This document shows, piece after piece, positions 18,480 to 28,976 of a DNA stretch of 64,000 nucleotides; positions within the stretch are counted from its first letter, which is position 1, and each line of letters opens with the position of its first letter. The notes beneath the pieces are model-generated. The model saw only the letters and a list, made by a program, of their open reading frames with translations. It was not told the DNA's origin and made no database searches. Origin of the DNA: an uncultured delta proteobacterium (GTDB taxonomy: Bacteria; Desulfobacterota; RBG-13-43-22); contig CAWJJC010000027.1 in NCBI GenBank assembly GCA_963843145.1, forward strand, positions 256,001 through 320,000, in the 5' to 3' direction. Made by a program: the position numbers and the translations under genes.

Positions 18480-18965
18480 CGCGTCTGAGCCGATCCGGGT
18501 CCACCCAGGGGCGGATGGGGATGAACGGCTCGACTGAGCCTTTCGATAAACTCAAGGCCCCGAGCCGGTCGACGGGCTCGCCGAAGTCCGGTCGAAGGGC
18601 TCGCCGAAGTCCCCTACCCTACTTCAAAAACTTCGAAATTCGAAATTCAGCGTTCGAAGTTCGACATTCGTTTTTAATTTTGTATTAAACCCCCATGGCC
18701 CAGGGGCCACCCACGAAGCATGAAAATGGCCTTAAGCCAGTATAAGTCGTCATTCCGGACAAGTGAAGCGCGATCCGGAATCCAGGGCCGTGAAGGTCTT
18801 GGGTCACCTCGATCCCGGATCGAGTCCGGGATGACGGCAAAAACAAAACGCCTAAAAAGCGGTGATCAATTCTATTTTCGTATTAACCCCTATGCCCGGA
18901 AGGAAACCAGCAAAACATGTAAATAGCAAATCATGAGAGCACAGCCGAGGGCGGCTGTGCTACAC
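18480..18965. repeat. Dense patch of nested palindromes and heptamer repeats, including composite element copy B (18713-18888)
   Basis: GGCTCGACTGAGC..., GGGCTCGCCGAAGTCC x2, (TTCGAAA)n, GTCATTCCGGAC...CCGGGATGAC, AGCACAGCCG-AGGG-CGGCTGTGCT. Confidence 0.75.
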
Positions 18966-18991
18966 AAATAAAATCGTTTTACAACGGTCAC

Positions 18992-19720
18992 CTATGACAA
19001 CTGCTCGATCAAGGCGATCATCTCCCGCACCGCCTGATCCAACCCCACGTAGATGGCCCGGGCCATCAGGCTGTGACCGATGCTGTATTCCTCTATCTCC
19101 CCTACCCCGGCAAAGCGCTTGATATTGACATAGTTCAACCCATGGCCGGCGCTGACCTTCAGTCCCAGGCCGGCGGCCTGTTCGGACCCCTCCCGGATCC
19201 GCTCGAAGAGCTTAACGGCTTCCTTTTCGTTGCGGGCATTGGCGTAGTGGCCGGTATGGAGCTCCACGATATCGGCCCCCACCTCCCGGGAGGCCTGGAT
19301 TTGAGCGGGGTCGGCATCGATGAACAGGCTGACGTCGATGCGGGCCCGGTGAAAGCGGCCGATGATCTGGGAGAGGCGCTTTTTCTGTTTGACGATTTCC
19401 AGCCCCCCCTCGGTGGTCAGCTCCTGCCGCTTTTCCGGGACCAGCGTGACCAGATCCGGTTTGGTCTTCAGGGCGATGCGGATGATCTCTTCGGCCGCGC
19501 CCATTTCCAGGTTCAACTTAGTCTGGACGGTTTCCCGCAGCAGACGGAGGTCCCGGTCCTGGATGTGCCTCCGGTCTTCGCGCAGGTGCACGATAATGCC
19601 TTCGGCCCCGGCCAGTTCGGCGATGCCGGCGGCCAGCACCGGATCGGGTTCGATACCCCTGCGGGCCTGCCGCAGGGTGGCCACGTGATCCACGTTGACG
19701 GCCAAACGTGCTTTGGACAT
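18992..19720 (-). CDS. pdxJ: Pyridoxine 5'-phosphate synthase (in frame with upstream ybeY)
   Basis: LAVNVDHVATLRQAR, HLREDRRHIQ, TTEGG, ELHTG, AGHGLNY, SIGHS; own SD AAGGAGG. Confidence 0.95.
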   Translation of the reverse strand: MSKARLAVNVDHVATLRQARRGIEPDPVLAAGIAELAGAEGIIVHLREDRRHIQDRDLRLLRETVQTKLNLEMGAAEEIIRIALKTKPDLVTLVPEKRQELTTEGGLEIVKQKKRLSQIIGRFHRARIDVSLFIDADPAQIQASREVGADIVELHTGHYANARNEKEAVKLFERIREGSEQAAGLGLKVSAGHGLNYVNIKRFAGVGEIEEYSIGHSLMARAIYVGLDQAVREMIALIEQLS

Positions 19721-20170
19721 AAAAACATTCCTCCTTTGTTCTTTCCCCATCCGTTCCACGATCTCCCCGGTGCGAAGTTCCATGAGCCGCTCCTCTTCCT
19801 TCGATCGTTCATGGTCATACCCTTGGAGGTGCAGCCAGCCGTGCACGATCAGGAAAAACACCCGATCCAGCAGAGAGGTCCCATACTCCCGGGCCTCGCG
19901 GGCCGCTGTTTCCGTGGAGACGACGATGTCACCCCAGAGACCGGGATTAATTTCCGGAAAAAGTCCCTCGCGCAGGGAAAAAGCTAAAACATTCGTCGGC
20001 CCGGGCCGGTTGAGGTACCGCCGATTATAGCGCGAAATCTCCCGGTCCTCCACCAGCAACAGGCTCACTTCACCCGCTTGAGGCTCCAAGACCCTTATCA
20101 GCGACGGCAGCCTTTGTTGAATTTCCTTCAAAGGAATCCAATTCTGGCGATTGTTTAGTTGAATCTCCAT
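19721..20170 (-). CDS. ybeY: rRNA maturation endoribonuclease YbeY (no stop before pdxJ)
   Basis: NRRYL..PTNVLAF, GDIVVS, HGWLHLQGYDH. Confidence 0.9.
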
Positions 20171-22491
20171 TGCTCCTCTTCTTGGCCTGGCCGGTCTTGC
20201 CCGGCGATTCCGGGTACTCGATCCGATGGTGAAAAATACCATTTAAGATTTTATTGAAACTGCCGGCGATCTGATTGAGATCTTTCAAGGTCAACTCACA
20301 TTCATCCAATTGGCCGTCGGCAAAAGCGTTGGTGATGATCTTGCTCACCAGACCTTGAATCCGGGCCGGGGTGGGATCCACCAGGGTTCGAGAAGCCGCC
20401 TCAATGCCATCGGCCAACATGACCAGACCGGCTTCCCGGGTTTGGGGTTTTGGTCCGGGATAGCGAAAATCTACGGTGGAAACCTGAGCGGGATCATCGC
20501 CCTTCAATTCCAGGGCCTTCTGGTAAAAATAGGAAATCAGGCTGGTCCCATGATGTTGCTCGATGATATCGACAATAGGCGATTCCAATTTATAGTGTTT
20601 GGCCATATCCACTCCCTCCTTAATGTGAGAGATCAGGATCAGACTGCTCATGGAAGGGGCCAGTTTCTCATGCTTGTTCTCACCCCCCATTTGGTTTTCA
20701 ATAAAATATAGGGGCTTGGGGGCCTTGCCGATATCGTGGTAGTAGGCGCTCACCCGGGCCAGCAGGGGTTTGGCGCCAATGGCTTCCGCCGCCGCCTCGA
20801 CCATATTGCCGACGATGATACTGTGGTGATAGGTCCCGGGCGCCTGGATCATCAATTCCCGGAGCAAGGGCTGGTCCATGTTGGCCCGTTCCAGCAGGCG
20901 CATATCGGTGGCATAACCGAAGAGTTTTTCCACCAGAGGGCTGAATCCGGTCACTACGATACCGGACAAAACGCCCCCTGAGAAACCCAGGAGCAGGTGG
21001 ACAATGGTTTCCCAAGAAAACAGTCTGGCCCTGCATCAGTTGCAGGGTCAGGGAACTGCCGATGTTCAAGAGGCCCAAATAAAAACCCAGTCGGATCAGG
21101 TCCCAGCGATTGTGGCAAGTGCGTTGACTTTGAGCGGCCCAGAGTCCGGCAATGGCGAAATACAGGGAAAGGCCCGGTCCGACGTCTAAGAACAGGGCCG
21201 TTAAGGAGGACTGAATCAGTGTGAAGAGAATAGCCGGCACCGGCCCCAAAACCAGGCTGACCATCATGGGAGCGGCGGCCAAAGGGATCGCCAGCAAGAA
21301 ATTGCGTGGGGTCATGCCGGGTAGGCCGCCGACAAAAGCCTGGGCGATGAAATCGGCGGTTCGGATCGTCAGGAAGGAAAGGGCCAGCATGATCGTTAGA
21401 AAAATAAGGTCCCGCCAATTATTCAGGTTGGGCTTGAGGCTGTCCACCACCAGGCGAAAAGACATATAGACGAACAGCCCCCAGAGCAGTACCAGGCCTA
21501 AGGAAGTGAGGAAGATATCGAGTCCCTGCTGCTGCTTGAACTGGAGTTGAATTTTGGTCAGGGCCGCCTCGTCGATCTTTTCTCCTTCCCGAACAATAGG
21601 CTCCCCTTTCTTTATCTGAAAAAAAACCGGCCGGGTTTCTTGGAAGGCTTTCGCGCGCCTTTGATCGGTCTCAATTTTATTAAAAAAAAGGTTGGGGACC
21701 ACCAGTTTTTGGGCCAAGGCAATGCTTAATGGCCGCATTCCCCCTCGGGGGCCGGTGAGCAGGTAAGCCGCTTGTTTTTCCAGACGGTCACGGGCCTCGT
21801 TCAGGTCGGGAAATTGCTCCACATCCTTGACCGGCAATTCCCGGCCAAAGGGCAGTTTCCGAACTACAATCCCCCGCTGGTGTTCACTCATCAAGGTAAG
21901 CTTGTTGCCAACTACGCCTACGGCCATGACCGATTGGATCATTTTGGTCAGACCTTCTTCCAGGGAAACTGAAAAGCGGTCTTTGGTCAGGGCTTTGGTT
22001 TCCGACGGGGTCAACTCTATCCCCCAAGCCTTTTCCAGTTTCCCCCGAACCTCATTTCCCGCCAGGCCGGTCTTGCCGGCGCCTTTACTGGCGCTTTCTC
22101 GGAGCAGTTGAAAACCCTGATGGATACGTTGCGTCAAAGCGCTTACCGCCCCCTCGTCGAAATCGTAGACCGCCGGAACGGCATTGGCGGCTTCTTTCTT
22201 TTTTGAATCGGTGGCGTCCTGATCTTCCACCAGCAGATCCTGCTTGGCCTTGATATCATAAGGCGCCACCTCGCCGACCTGGAAATGGTGCGGGGGAATA
22301 AGCAAGCTGGGGGTATTCACGACCATAATGAACAGACAAAGACCGATTAAGAGGATTAATTTCCCCTTAACCAGATCCTGAACCTTGTTCCATTGCTCCA
22401 GGAACCGGTCCTTGGGGGAAATCGGTTCCTTCTCCCACCTACCGGAGATCCGGAAGGATTTGACTTTCTTATCGCGATCAGAGCGTTCCAT
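20070..22491 (-). CDS. 7TM-HD phosphohydrolase (PgpH-like), frameshift near 21000
   Basis: Extracytoplasmic domain with IKKGEPIVREG, TM helices, then APGTYHHS, YYHDIGK, EQHHGT, MLADGIEAA. Confidence 0.85.
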
Positions 22492-22515
22492 GATTTAGGC
22501 GAATTTCAAAGCGAC

Positions 22516-23505
22516 TTAAAAGCCCTTTCCCCTTTTCTCCCGTTCCTCATAGGCCTGGATGATTTCCTGCACCAAGGGGTGGCGAATAACGTCTTTTTTG
22601 GTGAAATAGATAAAGTCGATGCCCTTGATCCCCTCTAAAACTTTCCGGGCCTCCACCAGCCCCGACATTTTTCCCTCCGGCAAATCAATCTGGGTGACAT
22701 CACCGGTAATAACCGCCTTCGAACTGAACCCCAATCGGGTCAGGAACATTTTCATTTGCTCCGAAGTGGTATTCTGGGCCTCATCCAGGATGACAAAAGA
22801 ATCATTCAGGGTCCGGCCGCGCATAAAGGCCAACGGGGCGACCTCGATGACTCCCCGTTGCACCAGCTTGCTGGCCTTTTCAAAATTCATCATGTCGTGC
22901 AGGGCGTCATAAAGCGGACGAAGGTAGGGATTTACTTTTTCATAAAGATCTCCGGGCAGGAACCCCAGTTTCTCACCGGCTTCCACGGCCGGGCGGGCCA
23001 AAACAATCCGAATCACCTCGTTTTTCATCAACGCCGCCACGGCCATGGACATGGCCAGGTAGGTTTTCCCGGTCCCGGCCGGGCCGATGCCGAAGACGAT
23101 ATCCGTTCTTCGAATGGATTCAATATAATCTTTTTGTCTTTGGGTTTTGGGGGTGATGACCCGTTTTTGCGAAGTCACGTAGACGGTATCCAAGAATACC
23201 GCCTGAAGAGATCCCTGACGGTTTTCCTGCAGGAAGCGAATGGCGAACTCCAGGTCGTTGGGGTAAAGCGGAAATCCTTTTTTTAGGAGCTCATAGAGTT
23301 CCAGAAATAATTTCTCGGCTAAAAGGATATCCGGACTTTCCCCCCTGATTTGGAGGGTATTGCCTCGGGTGGTGATTTTAAGCCCCAGTCGCTCCTCGAC
23401 TAATTTGACGTTGAGATTATGCTCGCCGAATAAGTTCTGGGCGGCCTGGTTATCCTCAAAACTGATCCGGCGGATGGGTTCCTGCTCGGCCATGTCTTTT
23501 TCCAA
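22516..23505 (-). CDS. phoH: PhoH family ATPase
   Basis: GPAGTGKT, RPAVEAGEKLGFLPG, FMRGRT, DEAQN. Confidence 0.95.
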   Translation of the reverse strand: MEKDMAEQEPIRRISFEDNQAAQNLFGEHNLNVKLVEERLGLKITTRGNTLQIRGESPDILLAEKLFLELYELLKKGFPLYPNDLEFAIRFLQENRQGSLQAVFLDTVYVTSQKRVITPKTQRQKDYIESIRRTDIVFGIGPAGTGKTYLAMSMAVAALMKNEVIRIVLARPAVEAGEKLGFLPGDLYEKVNPYLRPLYDALHDMMNFEKASKLVQRGVIEVAPLAFMRGRTLNDSFVILDEAQNTTSEQMKMFLTRLGFSSKAVITGDVTQIDLPEGKMSGLVEARKVLEGIKGIDFIYFTKKDVIRHPLVQEIIQAYEEREKRGKGF

Positions 23506-23810
23506 GGTTTCCGTGAGTCTTTCCCCCCTTTTGCGGATGCCCGTTCAGGGCCTTGGGTTTTCCCGATAAATCGTTTTTATTATACCATCTTTTCTGCTTT
23601 CCCAACATTTTTTTCTACCCGGCTCTTTTTCGCAATCTTATGAATTTACTTGACTATTGATTTCTCCTTTGCTACCACCTTCTATAGACACTTTTCTTGT
23701 TCCATGGTTAGCTTCTTACTCCATTGTTCTGAGAATTTGTCTTTGAATCTGTTAAGTGGTTTTTATTACAGCCAAAAATATTTTAAATACTTTTTGGCTA
23801 GGGGTTACTC

Positions 23811-24389
23811 ATGAACCTGCTCGACTTGGCCATCCTGATTATCGTAGTTCTAATTGCCGTTCGAGGCTTTTATCGCGGGATCATCCAAGAGGCCGCCACC
23901 CTTCTCGGAATTATCGCCAGCTTCTTCCTGGCTTTTTATTATTACAACGATTTGGCCCACTTTCTGTTTCGTTTTACTCAAAATTACCTGGTAACGCTTT
24001 ATTTTTTCTCATTCTTCCTTCTTCTCGCCTTGAGTTTTTTTCTATTCCGGGCCTTTGGGCTCCTGATAAAAAAGATAACTCAACTCACCCTCTTCGGTTG
24101 GGTGGATCGGGCCCTGGGTGGATTATTCGGCCTGATCAAGGGAATAGTCGTGGTGTTTTTCTTGGTTACCCTGTTGGCCCTGCTCCTGCCCAAGCAGCAT
24201 TCGATCATCAACCAGTCCCTTTTTTTCCCCTGGGTGATCTCCCTGACCGATCGAATCACCCTGCTCGTCCCCGGCAAAATAACGGAGGACTTCGTTCGGA
24301 AGAAAAAAGAACTTCGGGAGTATTGGGAAGAAAAACAACGACTCCTCAAAAGCAAGCCGAAATACCCCGATTATGACAATTCCCGATAA
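23811..24389 (+). CDS. cvpA: CvpA family membrane protein
   Basis: MNLLD...RGFYRGIIQE...DRALGGLFGLIKG. Confidence 0.85.
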   Translation: MNLLDLAILIIVVLIAVRGFYRGIIQEAATLLGIIASFFLAFYYYNDLAHFLFRFTQNYLVTLYFFSFFLLLALSFFLFRAFGLLIKKITQLTLFGWVDRALGGLFGLIKGIVVVFFLVTLLALLLPKQHSIINQSLFFPWVISLTDRITLLVPGKITEDFVRKKKELREYWEEKQRLLKSKPKYPDYDNSR

Positions 24390-25161
24390 GCCGCCAGTCG
24401 GACTTGAGGATCTTCGAGAACTCCTGGCCCGCCTGCGAGGTCCCCAGGGTTGCCCCTGGGACCGGAAGCAGGACCCGGAAAGCCTAAAAATCTATCTTCT
24501 GGAAGAGACCTACGAATTGGCCGAGGCCCTGGATCGGGAAGCCCCCCAAGATATCTGTGAAGAATTGGGAGATCTCCTCTTTTTGATGGTGTTTATCTGC
24601 CGGATCTATGAAGAACGAGGGGTCTTTGACCTCTCTGAAGTTATGGAAAAGATCCAGGAGAAGATGATCCGCCGTCACCCCCACGTTTTTGGCGAGGCGC
24701 GGTGGCGCAAAGCGGAAGAGGTGGTCCAGGGTTGGCAGGGGCTAAAGGCCGAAGAAAAACCCGACCAAAGTCCCTTTGATTCCATCCCGGCAGCCCTGCC
24801 CAGCCTGTTGAAGGCCCATCGTATTTCCCAGCGGGCGGCCGGCTTAGGCTTTGACTGGCCTGATATTCGCGGCGTTCTGGAAAAGGTGCACGAGGAATTG
24901 GGGGAGTTGGAGGAGGCCATCGAAGGTCCTGACCCGTCCGCGGCCCGGGAAGAACTCGGGGACCTGCTCTTCGCCCTGGTAAACCTGGGAAGATTTTTAG
25001 GCATCCATACTGAAAATGCCCTCAGAAGTGCGAACCGCAAATTTTTAACGCGATTTCTGCGTCTGCTGGCTGACCCGGAATATATAGGAAAAAATTCCCA
25101 GTCCCTGACTCCGGAAGACTGGGAAAACCTCTGGAACCGAACCAAGTCCCGCCCGGATTAA
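24373..25161 (+). CDS. mazG: Nucleoside triphosphate pyrophosphohydrolase
   Basis: GCPWDRKQ, EELGDLL twice, RRHPHVF, GFDW. Confidence 0.93.
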   Translation: MTIPDKPPVGLEDLRELLARLRGPQGCPWDRKQDPESLKIYLLEETYELAEALDREAPQDICEELGDLLFLMVFICRIYEERGVFDLSEVMEKIQEKMIRRHPHVFGEARWRKAEEVVQGWQGLKAEEKPDQSPFDSIPAALPSLLKAHRISQRAAGLGFDWPDIRGVLEKVHEELGELEEAIEGPDPSAAREELGDLLFALVNLGRFLGIHTENALRSANRKFLTRFLRLLADPEYIGKNSQSLTPEDWENLWNRTKSRPD

Positions 25162-25412
25162 CCCTTTCCGCTGCCCTAAGGGGCTTGCCCATTTTGAAGG
25201 TACGATAAGATCAAGCCGCTTATGAACTGCGACGAAGCGAACAATCCCCCAGTCGAGCTTGGGGAACGTTGTACCCAATTGGGGATTGATTGTCATTACT
25301 CTCATCGCAATGACTGGGGGTCTGTTATTTACATGCTTCGCGGGCGCCCCGCGGGGTAGAGGGGTTTAATCCAAAACCGGTTCCTTGAACTTTGATGAGC
25401 CCGTTAGGCCAA

Positions 25413-27824
25413 CTAAACCCGAAATTCAAAAATCCAGACCCGGTCCTGATGATACAGCAGCCGCATCCGGGGATTTGCGCTTAGCCCGGAAATTCCATAA
25501 AGACTATCCTGCCCGGATTTCTGCCCGATATAAATATGGGTGAGTCCCCTTTTTTTTATTTCGTTGATCACTTCCGGACTACTAAGCCCCTGTTTCGCTA
25601 TCAGGCGGGGCAGGGCATTGACCCAGGATACATAATCCGGACGTGGACCGGTTTCCGATCCGTAATTCAGCGGGGGGAGCATCGTCTTCCGATCGGCCAA
25701 CAGAGGCAACCACCAACCGCCGTCTACACCCACAATCATGGTATCATCGTAGGCAAAGGCGGAATTCACCAGAAATCGGGCCTCTTTCGGGAGGTGCTGA
25801 TCGATCCAAGTGTAGGCCCTCATGTCGGAACGAGTGGCTAGGGAGTGTTTGATCCTCTCCACTTCGTTAAGCCGTTTCCCAGCCCCCCAGAGGCCCAGCC
25901 CGATACAGAGCATTACGGCGAGATAAGTCCCGGCGGATCGCCTCCCCCGGATCCGGGATTCCAGGATCGTGCCGGCCCAGATCCCAATGATTACGGCCGC
26001 CGGAATATAAACGGCGATCATGACGGCAAAACTGCTCAGAGTTCCCGCCCCCGGCAAGCCCAGCCATTGGGGATTGGCCGCCAAAACTACCCAGAACCAC
26101 CAGAGCCCCAGTAAAGCGATGCCCTTTTCTCTCCGCCATAACCCGATTCCCAGGGCCAAGGCCAACAGCAGCCAACCCTTAACTGGAAGATAGACCCGCA
26201 AATCACCGATGGCATTGTATCCCCTGGTCCAGTCGGATAATTTTTGGGGCGAGGTCGTTACCTGGTAAGAAAAAATCGATAAAATTTTTCCGGAAAAGAC
26301 ATGAATAAACCAGGGAAGGAAAATAATCCCCGCTCCCGCGCCGATCAAAAGAATCCTCTGTAAAGCGGGCCAGCTTTTCCTTTTGTCCGTTTCCAGGAGA
26401 TAATAGGACACCAGGAAAAACAGGAAAAAAATTAATACGCGATAGTGGGTCAAGGCCAGTCCCCCTAAGGTCAGCCAGGCCAGGAAAAGCACCGGCCAAA
26501 CCCGCTCGCGATTTTTAAGCCCTACCCAGGCCAACACCACCATGGCCGGCAAAATGGTTTGACCGGCAAGCTGGGTGTAACGACCCCAATTGACGTACCC
26601 CATGGGCAAAGGGAAGAGGAGCCCGGCCAACAGAACCGATCCTACCCCCGCCCAGCGGTTGCCCGTAAACCGAAAGGCCAGGGGATAGAGACTGACCACT
26701 GCCAGGCCATTCATTATTTGCCCCAGCCAAAGCGTAGCCCGCTCCAAAGTCCATCCGGTCGCCCAATGAAGTACCGCCGCGTTGGCATGAAAACCAAAAT
26801 GGTAAGTAAAGGATTGCATTTCCGCGTAGGGTTCCCAGGAATTAAAGAGCCCCCCGTGGTCCGTAATCAGTCGGGCAATCATGGTATGCTGCAAAGAATC
26901 CCCCCAGAGAGGGATGGCCAGAGTGCGTATGGCGTAAAAACGAACGAAGAAAACGATAGCCAGGAGTATAACCAGAGCGATATCCGGCGCTGGGGCCTCG
27001 GAATGACGCCAGGTCCTCCAGGACGCGGCCCAATGGGCCGGCCGCCAACCGCGGTTAACATAAATAAGGGCCGCCAGGGAACCGGTTAGGGTAATCCAGA
27101 CCAGACCGGCTCCGAGATAAATCCCCAGCAGATTCGTCCAGAGCAGGAATACCGGATAAAGGGCCAAACTAATCCCTGCGGCTACCCCAAGTTTCTCCGC
27201 CCAGGAATGCAGTTGTAACCTGGAACCGAATAAGGAGATCAAGGACCATCCGGGAAGTACATAAAGGAGCAGAGCGATCCCCATGATCCCCAGCCAATTG
27301 ACCGCTTCCTGCATCAGGCCCCAGATCAACAAGGCGGGATCGTAGGCTAACCGAAAGACCAATTGAGCGTCCTGCGGTTGGTCATTTTGATAAAGGGCGC
27401 CCTCGAGGTAGCTTTCTCCCGGTCCGACCTCCATTTCCAATCGACCTTCACCGATCACCCGGCACTTCAAATAATAATCTCGGAGGCTTGAATGGTCTTG
27501 GGGTGGAAAAGTAAAACGATAAAACCCGGGGTTGGATATCCGGGCGAAGGGGATCTCACTCTTGACGATTTCTTTTGGATCAACGGGACTGCCGCTAAGC
27601 GAGATTTGAATAGAACCGGATCTGAGGTCCGCCGGTTTCAAAAAAAGGTCAATCGCCAAAAGTCCGTCATGCCAGGAGGTGAAGGTTTGACCGACTTCCT
27701 GATTTTTTGAAACCATCCTCGTTCCGCTGGCTTGAGGCTGCCCCCAGCCGGATAGCGGGGAGCAACCGCAGACAACGATGAGCAGGCAACCGAGGAGGGA
27801 GACCACCGGCCAGCGCGGTTTCAT
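25413..27824 (-). CDS. GT-C-like polytopic membrane glycosyltransferase with N-terminal soluble domain
   Basis: More than 10 TM segments; WGDSLQH, YHFGFH, WGRYTQ, LTHY, DGGWW motifs shared with 28977-30818. Confidence 0.6.
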   Translation of the reverse strand: MKPRWPVVSLLGCLLIVVCGCSPLSGWGQPQASGTRMVSKNQEVGQTFTSWHDGLLAIDLFLKPADLRSGSIQISLSGSPVDPKEIVKSEIPFARISNPGFYRFTFPPQDHSSLRDYYLKCRVIGEGRLEMEVGPGESYLEGALYQNDQPQDAQLVFRLAYDPALLIWGLMQEAVNWLGIMGIALLLYVLPGWSLISLFGSRLQLHSWAEKLGVAAGISLALYPVFLLWTNLLGIYLGAGLVWITLTGSLAALIYVNRGWRPAHWAASWRTWRHSEAPAPDIALVILLAIVFFVRFYAIRTLAIPLWGDSLQHTMIARLITDHGGLFNSWEPYAEMQSFTYHFGFHANAAVLHWATGWTLERATLWLGQIMNGLAVVSLYPLAFRFTGNRWAGVGSVLLAGLLFPLPMGYVNWGRYTQLAGQTILPAMVVLAWVGLKNRERVWPVLFLAWLTLGGLALTHYRVLIFFLFFLVSYYLLETDKRKSWPALQRILLIGAGAGIIFLPWFIHVFSGKILSIFSYQVTTSPQKLSDWTRGYNAIGDLRVYLPVKGWLLLALALGIGLWRREKGIALLGLWWFWVVLAANPQWLGLPGAGTLSSFAVMIAVYIPAAVIIGIWAGTILESRIRGRRSAGTYLAVMLCIGLGLWGAGKRLNEVERIKHSLATRSDMRAYTWIDQHLPKEARFLVNSAFAYDDTMIVGVDGGWWLPLLADRKTMLPPLNYGSETGPRPDYVSWVNALPRLIAKQGLSSPEVINEIKKRGLTHIYIGQKSGQDSLYGISGLSANPRMRLLYHQDRVWIFEFRV

Positions 27825-27825
27825 T

Positions 27826-28812
27826 TTACGATTCGTCGGAGGCAGGCCCTGTTCGGTCCAGGGATTCCCGATTCTGAGGGAGGTCCATTCTTTTTAAACG
27901 ATAATTTACTTCTTCCAGTATTTTCCGGTTGGACCCGATCAGATCAGCCAGGAGTCCGATCAACAGAACCTGAAATCCCACGATCAGCAGGATGGCCGCG
28001 AGGATTACCGACTGGACATGTCCCCCACCCTGGCCGTGGAGGTAAAAATACAGATAACGGAACCCGAAAAGAAACCCTCCCAGGAGCAACAGCAAGCCTC
28101 CCAGGGAAAACACCCGCAGGGGACGATAGGTGGTATAGGCCCGGATGATGGTCGCCGTGGAATACCCCAGATAGTGGGAGAGGTTACGCATCAATCGCGA
28201 AGGACGTGTGGGAGCGTTCACTCCGATCGGAACATAGGCCACGGCCATCTTGCGCGCCCCGGCCTGGATTAACGTTTCCAGGGTATAGGAGTATTCGCTC
28301 AAGACCACGGTCCGCAAGGCCCCTTCCCGGCTGAGGGCGCGGAAACCGCTGGTGGCATCGGGGATGGATATACCGGCGGCCTTTTCCACTACCCAGCTTC
28401 CGAACTGCTGGAGCCGTCGTTTAGGCCAGGGAAAGGATTTCAATTGCCCCACCCCGCGGTCGCCGATCACCAGATCGGCCTTTCCCTCCAGGATAGGCTC
28501 AAGGAGACGGGCTATATCTTCTCCCCGGTACTGGTTGTCGGCATCGGTATTCACAATCACCTCGGCACCCAGGGAGAGGGCGGCCTCCAATCCAGCCACA
28601 TAGGCCTTAGCCAGGCCTTTGTGCCTTTTCAGTTTGACGATATGGCGAATCCCCAAGGCCTCGGCCACAGCCACGGTTCGGTCGCTGCTCCCGTCATCGA
28701 TCAGCAAATAATCCACTTCCCCCCCGCCCGGGAGCGCCCGGGGAAGGTCTTTCCAGGTGCCCGGCAGGGTTTTTTCTTCATTATAACATGGGATCTGGAT
28801 TATGATTTTCAT
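27826..28812 (-). CDS. GT2 glycosyltransferase, polyprenol-phosphate type
   Basis: [30 protein letters not shown], two C-terminal TM helices. Confidence 0.88.
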   Translation of the reverse strand: MKIIIQIPCYNEEKTLPGTWKDLPRALPGGGEVDYLLIDDGSSDRTVAVAEALGIRHIVKLKRHKGLAKAYVAGLEAALSLGAEVIVNTDADNQYRGEDIARLLEPILEGKADLVIGDRGVGQLKSFPWPKRRLQQFGSWVVEKAAGISIPDATSGFRALSREGALRTVVLSEYSYTLETLIQAGARKMAVAYVPIGVNAPTRPSRLMRNLSHYLGYSTATIIRAYTTYRPLRVFSLGGLLLLLGGFLFGFRYLYFYLHGQGGGHVQSVILAAILLIVGFQVLLIGLLADLIGSNRKILEEVNYRLKRMDLPQNRESLDRTGPASDES

Positions 28813-28976
28813 TTGAACTCCCATGCCCGCGGGACGGACACCCCAAGGCATGAAAATAATCCTAGTTTTCATTATTCGCAGGACTGGCCTTACCAAAGAC
28901 CACTTCGTCGTTCGAAATTCGGTGTTCGATATTCGAAATTCTTATTTATCTACATACTCCCTATCTGTTTAATATG

